Shown here in pieces: positions 27,682 through 40,473 of a DNA stretch of 64,000 bases. The position numbers and the translations under genes were made by a program. Location: NCBI RefSeq assembly GCF_902652985.1, contig NC_047026.1, positions 13,082,001 through 13,146,000 on the forward strand, read 5' to 3'. Below the pieces are notes generated by a model that saw only the letters and a program-made list of their open reading frames with translations, searched no databases and was not told where the DNA came from. Within the stretch, counting starts at the first letter, position 1. Every line of letters starts with the position of its first letter. The DNA comes from Pecten maximus (lineage: Eukaryota).

Positions 27682-28427
27682 ATGTATCATACATACAACT
27701 TATACATATAGTAGGCATATCTACATTATTCAAACATTAGACTCTGTACTCAAACCTCTACATTACAATATCGATAACAAATGCTTGATATTACGAATAT
27801 AGGACTATCTTAGGAAAAAACCAAATTATCCAAATAAATAGCATGCTGTGATTCCAGTAATTTCCCAAACGAAACAGACTTAAAAGCAAATTTTGATATA
27901 AATCAAGTTTTGTTATATATGTTTGCTCATTTATTGCATAAACCAACGACGGATATCATACTTTGTAAAGCAAATAAAAACAAAAGGTCGGAAACATTTT
28001 TGTAATTTTATATCAAAAAGGCAAGAAAATTAAAATATATGATTTGTATTTTGCGGTGTGCAATGAGTTAGAGTCTGATATATCCGCTAAAGGATGAATT
28101 AACAAATAAAAAAATATTTGCAATGAACATTAAAAAAGGTGTAGGATAGTCTGTTCACACGCATGTGTACATCACCTTCATATTTCCATAAATTAAGAAT
28201 AAATACAACGTCAGACAGTATTTACACGACACACAGACATAAATAGCACTTTTAAAAGTTCAAATGGAAATATCATGATCCATAACGTAAAGTGTTGATC
28301 CATCATGCGAACTTGTGTAACTTGTGTCCGGTAAAGTTTTACAAATCGCTGATCAATCAGAGAATGGAAATTGTATGAACTGATACTCCAACTCGGCATC
28401 AATTTTTCAAAACGGAAGTTCGTTTTT
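27190..28427 (-). other. Probable cdc25 3' UTR with poly(A) signal
   Basis: Minus-strand AATAAA at ~27196-27201 followed by a U/GU-rich tract. ATTTA clusters and TTTTTAT motifs lie upstream. Confidence 0.45.
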
Positions 28428-31400
28428 CTAAAACATCAAGCGACTGGACCTCTTCTTCTGCCCTGCGCACCACGACTTGGACTTGGAGCGGAAGTGACGT
28501 AGATCATCGGTGTGGTTTCTATCCAGCATAGGCTTGTAGGTCATGGGCTCACAGAGGTCCTACAAATCAAGAGGAAAAACATTAATAAATTTTGCATTAT
28601 CTTTTTATGTTTTTGTTCTAATAATATGTATGTGTTTTCCAATAGCACTCCCGGTTTATAGATTTTTTTTTTCATTTTTGTCTTTAGAAATTGCAATGTG
28701 ATATACCACTACTTTATTGAAGCTTTTCATTAGTATTATTTCTATTTTCAAAGGGTTTAGTTCTCCAATTAAAAGACACGTGTGCTGAATTTAACAAATT
28801 CTATATTATGAATCTTTATTTTTATCAGATATATAATCAGATATACAAAACAATATTATTATTCATGCGATATGATTTGCACATTATCAAAAGCTTGTCC
28901 GACATTTACCTCTTTAGTTTCGTAGAAAGCTTTGTACCCATCATGCAATAGGTAGACTTCCGGGTAGTTGAGAAGTGGGTAGTTGTCGGTGTTCATCTCT
29001 CTATCTTTGTTCCTGAGGAATCGGCACCTGTAAAAACAACGGGGCGTTAGAGTCCAGTGATTTTTTGTTTTTGTTGACAGTGCCATAAAAATGGCACATA
29101 TCGTGTACTCTATTGAAACCTTTTACAATTGAAGAACTACAGTATATTGTTAACCATTTTTGAAATTACAAAAAATGAGACAAGAATTTGCCAAAAAAGA
29201 TATATAGTACATGAGTTAAGATTGGAAATTCGAAACTAAAAATCAGCTTTGTTTAGACAATGTACTACATCCGGTTAAGAGAGAACACTTCAAATCTCAG
29301 ATTCGTTTTCATCGTGAAACTGAAATATTTTCTTTTGTTTCATTTTAACTCGGCACTAGACATGAATACTCCATAGGAAACCTGTATTTCCCAGAATTTT
29401 GTGTGACTTTTATTTACATGTCTCGAAAGCGAGGTTACTTACATTTTCGGACCTCTCTCGGACGAAAACTCGCAGTGGAAGATGAGAATATCATTGCGGT
29501 CACCTCGGGCAGGTTCCCTTCCCTTCAGGACCTCCATCATCTGGTCACGTGTGTATCTGTTCTCGGCATTCTAAAATTGTCAAAAAAAAAGATAGGGATA
29601 GACACGTGATCATGACGTCATGATGACGATGTTGTAGCAATTTGTCATTCAGAGTTATCGTTACCAACAAAGGCCATATGAATTAAATTTTCTTATTTTC
29701 ATCCCTCTTTCGGAACCAGCGGGCAGGCAAAGGTTGTCGCTTTACAAAAGTTTACTGTTTTTATTGCGATCGGATTTCAGGCCTTCGTCACAAACAGTAG
29801 ATATGTTATTTGCAGGCACAAGACTAAGAGAAGGTAAACACTTAATTGGAGAAATATTTGAGTGTCGAAGAAATTTATTTCTACCGACAGTAAAACGATT
29901 TTCGTTTTTTAATACATAGATACAATCTTCGATCCTCTTACCTTGATGTGGCCACCGTCATACTCGTAAGGGTAGCGACAGTCAATCACCCGGTAACTGT
30001 TGATGGAGTCGTCGTACTTTCCCGCCAAAACGTCGGCCATCTGAAAATATTTACAGATATTTGAATATAAAGTACAAGTACATGTGTGATATTTTTACAA
30101 TACCTACCAGAATTAATTTGGAGGGAGTGTATCACGATCGATGCAAGAATGTCTGACTCTCAAATTTATCTGTACAATGATTTAACGCCATCTATAAATT
30201 ACAGTTTAAGTTTAAGATACCATACTACTAAAACACACAAGTTTGGCGAAAATAAATATTCCAAATTTTAATAATATTTTTGAAGGACACAAGGCCCTTG
30301 GAGACATACAATGTATCTTAATCATGTCACTTGCTTTGGTGCATTGCTTTCCGGGGATAAATTACTATGGGAGGGTACTTGATTTATTCCATCATTCCCT
30401 TCTTTTTGACAATAAAGTAAGCTCTTTGTGTGATCATAAACGTACGGTTTAAGTGCATTTTTATTGCATATTGTGGAGAACTCTTACCGTTTCCGGTGTG
30501 ATGCTCTTAAGATCGGAATGCTTGCCAGGGATTGTGGGTAGACAGAAGTTCTGAGTTCCGTTTCCGATCAAGTCATCCTCCTCCACCAATCGCTCAACAG
30601 CGGATATGACGTCACATCGTGTAATAGGTTGGGCCTGGAAGAAAACAAAATAATGATGTACATTTTATAACAAATTCTAAAAATATTTTAAAACATATAT
30701 AAATATTTTAGCTTTTCATTTTGAGATTATTACCTAATAATTAATGGAGTCTCGAACAAAACGCTGATGTGACAGATATTCATAGTTAATATTTGATCAC
30801 GTGATGTAATTTAAAAAGTGAAGTTAGTATAAAGTTTAAAATTATCGCTGTTTTTCCACTGTCAGACAGGGATGTCATCGCTGTTTTTCCACTGTCAGAC
30901 AGGGATGTCAACTACCACTACCTTCTAATAATATCCATATATATAACGATACACAATATTAAGATATCCATTAACATCCAGATCTGATTTCGATTTATCT
31001 AAATCATTGAAATGACATACCCCAAACGATAATGACTTCATCAGAGATTTCTTTGGCTTGTTCTCGTCACGTGGTTCGTCTAATCTCGGTCGCTTGGAGA
31101 TGGAGCCGTCGTCAAGGAGACACCTTGACTTTTGGAACAGGGTTCGTCGGATACAGAAGGACTGCGACACCTGGCGGGGGAATCAGACAATAGTTATAGA
31201 TCATTGAATTATCATTTTAATATCGTCAATGCTCACGTTATGTTCACTCTCATTTGACAAAGAAACAGACGTTTTCGAAATTAGTTTTTATTCGCTGTTT
31301 GCACTAAACATTAATGTCTATCGAGACGTCACCGAAAATGTGAATGTATACTCGTATACAATGTTACACCAAATTGTCCCAAAATAACCGAAATATATTA

Positions 31401-32367
31401 TCAACCATGTTTTATGTTCATATGATTCCAAATGATTTAGACCCCCCAACTCAAAAAATGGAAAATGTCGCTATGTACTTACCTCCCTGGTCTTTGGTGT
31501 GTGGGTGATGTCTTTAACTGGCTTGTTGTCGGTCTCGGTGACTGCGTCCTATAAAAATCAACAGTAAATAGTTAAATCGTCATTATCATCGCTATCTTCA
31601 CAATCATCGAAGTCGCTGTCATCGTCAATCGTTATTTCATTTTCATTTTTTCCTGTTTAATTCCGTCTGTGTTCGTATAATTCATCAAATGAAATAAGTT
31701 CATGAAAGTTTTTATATGCAATGTTAACTATAAAATGAGTTTAAAATAACATCCTAATGTGTAATTAAGACTTTTTAGCAAGACAAACATAAATGTATTG
31801 ATTAAGAAACAAAAGTTGGTTTAGAATGATTAGGACCATGATTTGTAGATGTAACAAATTTGTTTCTCTCTTTTCTTTTTTGTTTGTTTGCTTTCATGAT
31901 TATTAACGTTGTTACTTACAAACTCCATGCCTAGTCCCGAGTCCTCATCTTGTACGGGAGGGGGGTGGATGGCCTTCGCTGGGGGTGTCATGACGTCACA
32001 CAGATCCATAGGCTCGTCATCGTCAAACTTCAACAGGCCTAGGGGGCTGAACTGATGAGGAAAACAACATTAATAATTAAATAAAGCACAGAAACAGCAA
32101 ATAGATAGCAGTAGGTGTATGTGATGTATATCATAGTACAGGTAATATAATGTAGTAATGATATCATATTGAACTATTAAACTTTCACTTGATATATTTG
32201 TCAAGTATTAATGAATTTTGATATTTTAATAAAAATGGCAGATATAAGTGCTGCTTCATATTAATTTTGAAATAAAAATTTCAATGAATCCGATCGATCT
32301 TATCAAACCAACTTACCTCAAAACTCGTCTCTCCATACTCCATCTTGCTCAGTGCAGAAAAATCCAT
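28428..32367 (-). CDS. CDC25: M-phase inducer phosphatase Cdc25 (string-like), about 340 aa
   Basis: Exons 32317-32367, 31920-32051, 31483-31548, 31021-31170, 30488-30634, 29942-30040 (IDCRYPYEYDGGHIK), 29443-29570 (catalytic FHCEFSSERGP), 28910-29027 (YPLLNYPEVYLLHDGYKAF) and 28428-28559 (RSKSKSW). The ATG sits 4 nt after a splice acceptor (exon starts at 32371), so exon 1 lies further upstream. Confidence 0.95.
30845..30911 (+). repeat. Two-copy tandem duplication (~33 bp)
   Basis: TCGCTGTTTTTCCACTGTCAGACAGGGATGTCA x2. Confidence 0.85.
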
Positions 32368-34682
32368 CTTTCTGTGGACAAAAATAAAATAGGTTCATAT
32401 TGCATTCGATGCAAAAGAGATTTAAGACACAAACAGTTTAACAATGCTTTATGTACAATTGATAATGTACGAATTTTGATATATTTATACCAAAACGCAC
32501 CTGTTATCAACAGGTGCAGTGGTCATCGGTTGGATGTGTCCGGACTTAATGCACCCAGCGGTCAGTTGAAGTCCTTTATACCCGGCTTTACCCAATATTG
32601 TGCCCGTTAGTGACCACATGGTTTTCAATACTGATCATAACCTGTTTCTATGACATGATGTGTAATAGGGTGGACAATGACTTGACCCCAGAGGGTCAAC
32701 GTGTCCGGAGTTGTCCAAGTAGTTGTATCTACCAGTGTTACACTGGTCAGCGGTGATACTAAAGATCCTAGATTAATGACTGACCAGACATGGACATGAC
32801 AGGTCAGAGACCAAATTAGGTCACAAAGATATATTTATGGACTTCGAGGAAATTGTTTTACAAGACATTTACAAAGATGACCATCCAATAGGAAACAGTC
32901 TGGGAACTGTCTGGCATAATCTTAAATCATGCATATTGATAAGAAATGATGACGAGAAATAAATATTCAATTAAACTAATGAATATTCAAATTATAAATA
33001 TTAATGATGAATATGTTAATTAGATAAATAAATGAATATTTTCATCAGGAATATTGATACATGCTTGCTCAATAAGTGTTAGAATTACCACCTTCAAACG
33101 ATATATCCGAACGCTGTAATATTTCTGCATATTATTACTCGCATCAATTTGAAATTTTTACTATTATGAACACTGTCATATACAAAAAAACATGTAGTTA
33201 TAATTTTTGGCAGATCTGATTGAAAACTAACTTACTTGACTTTCACGATTAAATTGTTACTGAACTAAATGTTCACAATTGCTTCGTATAAAGATAGATT
33301 TAAGAAACATTTGTAGATGTCACATTTAAAGACTTATTTTATCAATATTTTCACCAGACAAATTACTAGATTAGATGCCAAGAATCCATAGCTATTTAGA
33401 TTTGCGAACTACAGTATCTTTTTTAAGATTAATTTTATGTTTATATAAATGCATTATCCGACTTTTTTTTATATATATTTTAAATCTAAATATTTAAAAT
33501 TTCCAAAATTGTTACAAATTAAGATCATGATAATCTAGAAATTCAAAAAAAAAAAAAAATTAACAAAACAAAAAAATCAGCAGGTACTTAAAAGTAGCTA
33601 TTGTAACATGCAATCTTAGAACTTGGTGTTTCAGATAAGAAATTGTCATTATATATAGCGCTCACCTTGGTAAAACAATATCTTTGTTTTTCATATGCTG
33701 CAGTAGTATAAATTTCCAATGTGTTGACTCTGAGAAAGCTCAATGTAGAATGATAATGTTCTAGCATCCCCACCACCTTATATATACTTAATAAGACAGC
33801 CCCAAGAGTATCTCTCCTTAATTTCAATTAAATGTTAAAATCACATTTAATTATTAATTTGACATATCGAGGGTCTACTCCTCTAACCAAACATTTACCT
33901 GTGTAATTCTCACCTGGACGGGGTATGTATCACCTCTACCTATTGTTTCCCGAGGAAGATACAAGTGTAGATAGCGGAAAGGCTATTGTTTTAGGCGCTA
34001 ATTTCGCAGCTCCCTGATATAAGTCTCACGTTACGTGAGAACTGTCGCATGGCCGAACGGGGGGCCTCCCACGGGGTATTTACACTCGTTCTCTACCAAT
34101 CATTGATAATTTCCCCCAGAGCACCTCGGTGCTATATAATTGATTTAATTAATTGGGATTTATCATTGATTAAATTTAGTAATAACTGATCGCCTATTCG
34201 CGTCTATCACAATAGCCATTATACGTGTTTGTTTTACCTACGAGCACATTTATGTTTGAATCATATCACATTAATGTATGTAATAAGTGTAAAAATCACA
34301 TTATCAATATATAATTTGACACTAATGGTTGCTGGTGTTACCAACAACCGAATATAGATAGAAAAAATCAAATTAGTTTGGGGGACAAGTATAACAGGTA
34401 CCCAGCAAATATTAGTGTCAAACTAATTAAAGCAGACTTCAATTCGCTTTCCTATAATGATATCTACATGTAAATGAAAGGCCTTTCCTAACTTCTGAAA
34501 TACATGTACATTGTACATGTAGTATATCGTCATCAATCAAAAAAGGTAAGTCAAAAACTTCAAATAAAAAATAGATGAAAAATATCTAATAAGTCACGAA
34601 AAAAATTACCAATACATGGATATGCTTGAATATAAACATGGAATTATTGAATAATACAACGTTTAACGACATAACTTTCATT

Positions 34683-34766
34683 TTTCATTTCATTTCATTT
34701 AATTTCTTTGCATTGAATTGCATTGCATTGTATTGTATTGTATTGTATTGTATTGTATTGTATTGT
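34683..34766 (+). repeat. Pentanucleotide microsatellite (CATTT/CATTG/TATTG)n
   Basis: Visible directly in the sequence. Confidence 0.9.
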
Positions 34767-35300
34767 ACAGAGTACAGTGACTGGCTGTCTTATACATGTA
34801 CATGTACCTCATTTTATCTAAAATGCTAACGATCGGTTTTTATATCTTTCATCTTATATTCATAAGCTTGAAACATCTCTGTTGATAAAAAATGCTCTTA
34901 CAATGTAGTAATTAACACACAACACTAGTATCTATCTCTTAAGAGTCTTTGTAAGTTATAGCCAGTACAATCGTTTGGTATTTTTGTACGACTTGAAGAG
35001 TTACGTCCTGGATTTATTCAAAAACTCACTATTGTGTGCAAGAAGAGGTTACATACAGTATCCTAGAAATCGGGATAATGGAACATTTCTGAACGGTGAA
35101 TATCTCGAAATTTGTTCATATTATTTTCAAGATGCAATAATCAGAACAACATAGATAAACATAGAAACAAGAGATCGAACAGGGACAATGCAGATTATCT
35201 TTGTTAGATACCTTTAGTTATGTCTTAAAAACCAGACGTGGAATGTTGAGGGGACACATCATTAGCCTCATACGACCCTGAGGGAGGAGTATGGGCGTGG

Positions 35301-35356
35301 GAGGTGGGTGGGTGGGTGGGGGGGGGGGGGTGGGTGGGGGGGGGGGGGGGGGGGGG
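35301..35356 (+). repeat. (GGGT)n / poly-G tract; a second poly-G lies at 36766-36802
   Basis: Visible directly in the sequence. Confidence 0.9.
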
Positions 35357-35404
35357 TAATTTTATAACCATTCCAGAATAATTGATTTTAACTAATATTA
35401 ATCA

Positions 35405-35582
35405 TTAGTTGACCTTTGCGGGAAACACGCTAAGATTTGTTACTTTTGGAGGAAGCCCAGTATACCCGCAGATAAATCACGTGCTTGGGCAGGTGAAATC
35501 AATAACTTTTCACGTGCGATTGTGGAATCGAACCCCTGTCGCCTTCGCGAGAGGTGGGTTGTGCGCTACCAATGCGCCACAC
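35405..35582 (-). mobile_element. Degenerate tRNA-derived SINE
   Basis: Minus strand has A box TGGCGCATTGGT, B box GGTTCGATTCC and a core resembling CGGGTATACTGGGCTTCCTCC. Confidence 0.6.
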
Positions 35583-38256
35583 GGGGAAACCTAGCTATAG
35601 TGGCCTCTTACAATCATGCAGCATAATGTAGGGGGCATAACACGCGTGTATACTAACGACAATAAAGTTCTCAATAAATCTTTGTTTATGTTAGATACTT
35701 CATTCTATGTATGTTTTCCCTTTAGCTTCACAATAACCCGATAAGTGTATTAAGCTGTTAATTAGTAATTATGTTGAGTTAGTATTGTTCTACCTCTTTA
35801 AAGCCGCCTTAATATTTTGGGGTCAGTAATCGTATGTTGAATATATACTCAAGACTTAGACACCAATGCAGCTCCTTTTATGACCTTTTTAGGGTAAACC
35901 TGATATTCTTATCCAAACTCTTTAAATGTTGAATTAAATTTGGAAACGGAATTCCCCATCTCACCATGGACCTGACTTTAGTTATGTGCAAACTAACTAT
36001 CATCAAATCTAGTCACAGATTTTGTTTTTTTAAGTCATTATAGAAATATGTAGTCATTTAAATTAAATTTAATTCTTTGGATAATTTGTCAATTTCTCTG
36101 ATTAATTCGTTAACACAAAAATAAAACCTTGTACAAAAATATTGATTCTGGAATTTCTCTTAAATTTCCGATCGATAATGTAAATGAATATGAAACGGAG
36201 AAGTAAAAATAGAATGATATTTTTATTCAATTTGTGGTACGAAGCAAACAGGGTTGCTGAAGGCTGTGTGCTATCAAACTTATGAGGTAGATTGACATCT
36301 CTCAACCCATGTCAAAACTGAAAAAGGATTTGAGCAAAGATTCGAACAACTATCATTCTCTAGTCTGATATCGACATGGGTAATTCGATTCAAGCCTGCA
36401 TGTCAACCTGAGCAAGTGGTCCAACGGGTTGGAACCACAAGCCGGAGCCTGCAGTCACTTGTAGATATGTTTCAGATAAAACATGTAAGAGTCACATGTA
36501 ATGTTTTAATCGGGCCTATGGGGCACTGAACGTTTCGTTAGAGTCATGTGCAATGTTCTATGCACCCCTATGGGGCACAGGCGTCCCGTTTAGCAAGTTT
36601 TGAGCGTTTTATGCCCGGGGAACTTGTGCACTACATTGATATAGCAAGATGATTCAGATATTTGATCAGTTACACACCTAAGGATATGATAATCTCTCTT
36701 ATTTATTTATTTTAACTACATATTTGTATATTTTCAACTTATAAAAGAAAACATGAAACAATGAAGGGGGGGGGGGGGGGGGGGGGAGGGGGGGGGGGGG
36801 GGTTAGCTGTTCTTTAGTAAGTATGGGTCCCTAAGCCCCTAAGCGTAAAATGTTTATATATACATGTGCTTATTAATCGTTTCATAGCATTTTGCATCAA
36901 GTTGATGTGTTCTTAAAGGCTGTTAATCTTAATATCACAGCGACAATGTACGGATCCCTAACACCTCATCAGGCTGTACAATGGACCATGATCTGCCCGT
37001 TCAGGGTCCCCCTGCTTCAATATTCAAACAGTCGGCTTTATCTTATAGATATTTATCAACAAAACCCTACTTAAAACATAAGGACGGGTCATGTGTATGA
37101 ATGAAATTAAAAAGAAATCGAGATTTTGAAAAAATATTATTCACCAAGAATTTCGGGAAGTGCATGTCTCTCTAAAATGCCTAAAGAAACAAACTGGAAA
37201 TTCTGAAAATTATTTGATTTAAGCATATTTAATTGTCCAAAATGACAAATGGATGAGAGAGAATTTTTAGAACTTACGATCTCTGCTCCAAAAATATAAC
37301 ATACTTAAACAATTAAAATTACGTCACGTTGAATATATACATAATTAATTTCACTAAGAAAAATAACAGATGTATTCAATATTTGAATATGGTTTAATGA
37401 GAAAATAGGCGAGATAAGTGAGGTAGAGAGGGGAAGAGAGAGTGGAAACTCGATACCGATTGTAAACGGTTCACTCCGGTAATAATAGAATGCTTTGTTA
37501 CATGTCAAAAAAGTTTCGTATGTATAACTGTCACCATTTCACCACTGGAATCACTTGATGACATCGATATAAGTCTTATTTGACTTCTTTGATGTATCGT
37601 GGCGTTTTCCCATAGCTGGAATATATCTTTCGCGACTTACAAAATAACTTTTAAATTGAAGTATACATTTAAATACATGTAAGGCATTAAACTGAACTCT
37701 GATTTGATATAAAAATAAGATAGTGGTATGTATCAATAGGAGTCTGACAAATTCCTACTCTAAATAAATCTGACTGTAGACCACTACAACGGTGATAATG
37801 ATAATGGATGCGTGAGTCTATTACATGTGGGTAGCTTTACAGATCTTTCAGGAACGTACCGCAGTACCTAGGTTTGAAGGACTTCTCGCAAGTTCTTAAA
37901 AATCAACATTTCATAATGTTTTCAGAATAGATAAGATCTATATTTTTATTCTTATCTTAGTAGAATACCTTCTGATCTCTATTTTAAAATAGGTTTCTAT
38001 AACTGTTTTTCGAGAAACTGACATAAACGCAACGCTGATGACGGTGCTCAGACGTTGACAAAAAAACAACACCGCAGCATCCTTAGCATACGTCGCATGA
38101 AACCTACAGTTTAAGTTTTTGTACTCATGATATAGTTGAATCTCGGCTATAACACAGGAACCTGAGCAGTTGTTACAGTCGAGGTGGATTTGGATTTCAA
38201 TACTAATACTAATGTATATCGGTAGCACATTTAAGACATTTTCGGGTTGAGGACTA

Positions 38257-38348
38257 GATTAAAATTTGTTAAAAATGACACCCCTCGGTGCAATTTCATT
38301 CTGGTCAAATGAACACCGAGTGGTGTTATTTTTACCAAATTTTAATCT
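38257..38348. mobile_element. Palindromic MITE-like element
   Basis: GATTAAAATTTGTTAAAAATGACACCCCTCGGTG ... CACCGAGTGGTGTTATTTTTACCAAATTTTAATC. Confidence 0.55.
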
Positions 38349-38749
38349 TCACCACACAAAACGCCCCTTTGGTGAGTAATAAGTCTAACAAAGTCTTTAG
38401 AGTTATGTCCCTTCCATCATACTCTATCAAAGTTATCTCCCTTTTCCTCTAAAGAGACCCGTTTTCATAGGGGTGGTCAAACAAAAGTTCAAATTATATT
38501 GTAGGAAAGGAACTATAATTTTTTTATCGGTTTCATAATTGATGTATCTGACCATACATTAGAATACCTATATTGTCAAATATGTAATTGGATAAAAGAG
38601 CATTTTTACAATATATTTTTATAGTAACGGAATTGTTCCTGAATCAATGAATTAAATAAAGAAATCAACAATTATGCATCTTAAAACTTGTTGCACTTCA
38701 CCACAGATATAAAGAACGTAAACCCTTTAAGATGCTGTATTATGATTCA

Positions 38750-39035
38750 TAGTTTTATCGTCCCTTGAACAGCCAGGGTCATTTTGAGACGCGCCACATT
38801 GCAGTATTTGGTGACAACGTTACGACGCGAGGCCTGTCGCAACCCATCCAGAACAATAAAGATAAAGGACAAAACCGCGACAGCACAGAGGATGAGAGTT
38901 CGTGAAGGGACCTTGAGAGCACACCAGCGCCCCACGTGATCGGGCACGTGACGCCATACCTTTTCAGGTCCGATGGGGAATCGAACCACTACCGTCTAGT
39001 CAAAAGGCAAGTGTGTTACCATTGTGCAAACCGAC
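38750..39035 (-). mobile_element. tRNA-derived SINE
   Basis: Minus strand has GCACAATGGTAACACACTTGCC (A box), GGTTCGATTCCCC (B box) and a 3' end ACCCTGGCTGTT shared with the 50.0-kb SINE. Confidence 0.65.
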
Positions 39036-39799
39036 AACACAATGAAATTAATATGTTTAAATCAAATGTTTTATAGATATGTGCTTAATCTTTCATTCAA
39101 TTAACCTCTCGACAACAGAATCGTTTAGAAGGTATAATAAGGTTTTAAAACATCTTCCACATCTTTTATAAACTGCAGTTTTATTATACAAAAACAATGC
39201 GGATCGGCGAACAAGCTGAAAATTTATATTAAAATTACCTTAGTGGTTAAAGATAAAATATCTGTGAACATCTCATAATAGAACATCTAACGTTATCCTG
39301 TATATTGTATTTTAATGTTATATCAAATAAAAACTGCTGTCTGTTGCGAGTATTGCTAAAAAATATGAAAGTCAGCCTCTCTACAAAAGCCATACACAAG
39401 TAAAGCCAGGCGGATCAGTATTTTTTTTTATATACATATATATTTTATTTTATTATTTTATTTTTCGTTTTTTTTTTTTTAAATAAATGTTGAGTCAGTA
39501 AGCTGCATTTAACCGGAGTCTACAATGGAATATTTGACCTTCATGATAACTAGTATTAAAATATTGTGAAATGTGTCTGAATGAGTTTGTTTTTTAAGAA
39601 ACAAATTTAATCCAGTAATCCAGTTCTCTTCGTTTGCTTTTCTCATACTGAAATCCCATTGAATGTATCATAGCTTTTAAGTTTTTTTCCAGAATTTTAA
39701 AAGTCACATGAAAGAAATAAGAGGTCAAGATCTTGTACCAGAAATTTATCATTAAATATCATTAAACAGTATGTTAGGATAATTTTCAAATGGAAGCAA

Positions 39800-40296
39800 T
39801 TTCCACTATCTTTTGCGATGCCCACTATACGTTAATCTCCGCACGCCATACTTCAATCAGATCAATCGGTATCACTTAACTGAAAGGTTGTTACTATTTG
39901 GAGATGAAAACCTCTCATTCGAAGAAAATAAGGAATTGTTTACATGTATCCAAAAGTTTATAATTGATTTCTTACATAATATGTTCGTTACTTTCATCAC
40001 TTTGGAAATTACTACCTCAGTTAACGAATCATTTGATACCTTGTATTCTTTCTTCTCTAAATGGAGAAAATTATAATCATGAAAGATTTGATGTACATGT
40101 AGTTTTTTGTTTGTTTGTTTTTTTTTCTCCCTCTTTCTCAGATTTCGTTTATTGCTGTCCATCTCAATAATGTAAATTCCAATTGAAAGAAGTTGACTAG
40201 TATAAGCTTTCAAGCTTGTTTCAATATCCTGTTTCTGCTTGTTGTTACAAAAATGTTGACATATACTCTATCAAAAGAAATGAAATAAAGTTTACA
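39800..40296 (+). mobile_element. 5'-truncated LINE (CR1/L2-clade-like) 3' end with 14-bp TSD
   Basis: Encodes HYLLRCPLY...LLLFGDENLSFEENKELFTCIQKFI, homologous to the C-terminus of ORF 45427-46383. Flanked by TCAAATGGAAGCAA at 39786-39799 and 40297-40310. Confidence 0.8.
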
Positions 40297-40473
40297 TCAA
40301 ATGGAAGCAACTCTAAGTTCATACAGGGGTGATAAGCGAACAATGGATCGAAGTCCTGTGATTTTTCTTTTAATTTCATTAATCTATTTCTGTAAAAAAA
40401 ACAACTTCAATGACATCGCTACGATCTCAACATATCAGATTGGACACGTTTTTGTCATTTAATTAATCTCTGC

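Noticed and set aside
27287-27740. Hydrophobic ORFs of 108 and 119 aa
   Set aside because: Products of a low-complexity CT-rich tract and a TA microsatellite antisense to the cdc25 3' UTR.
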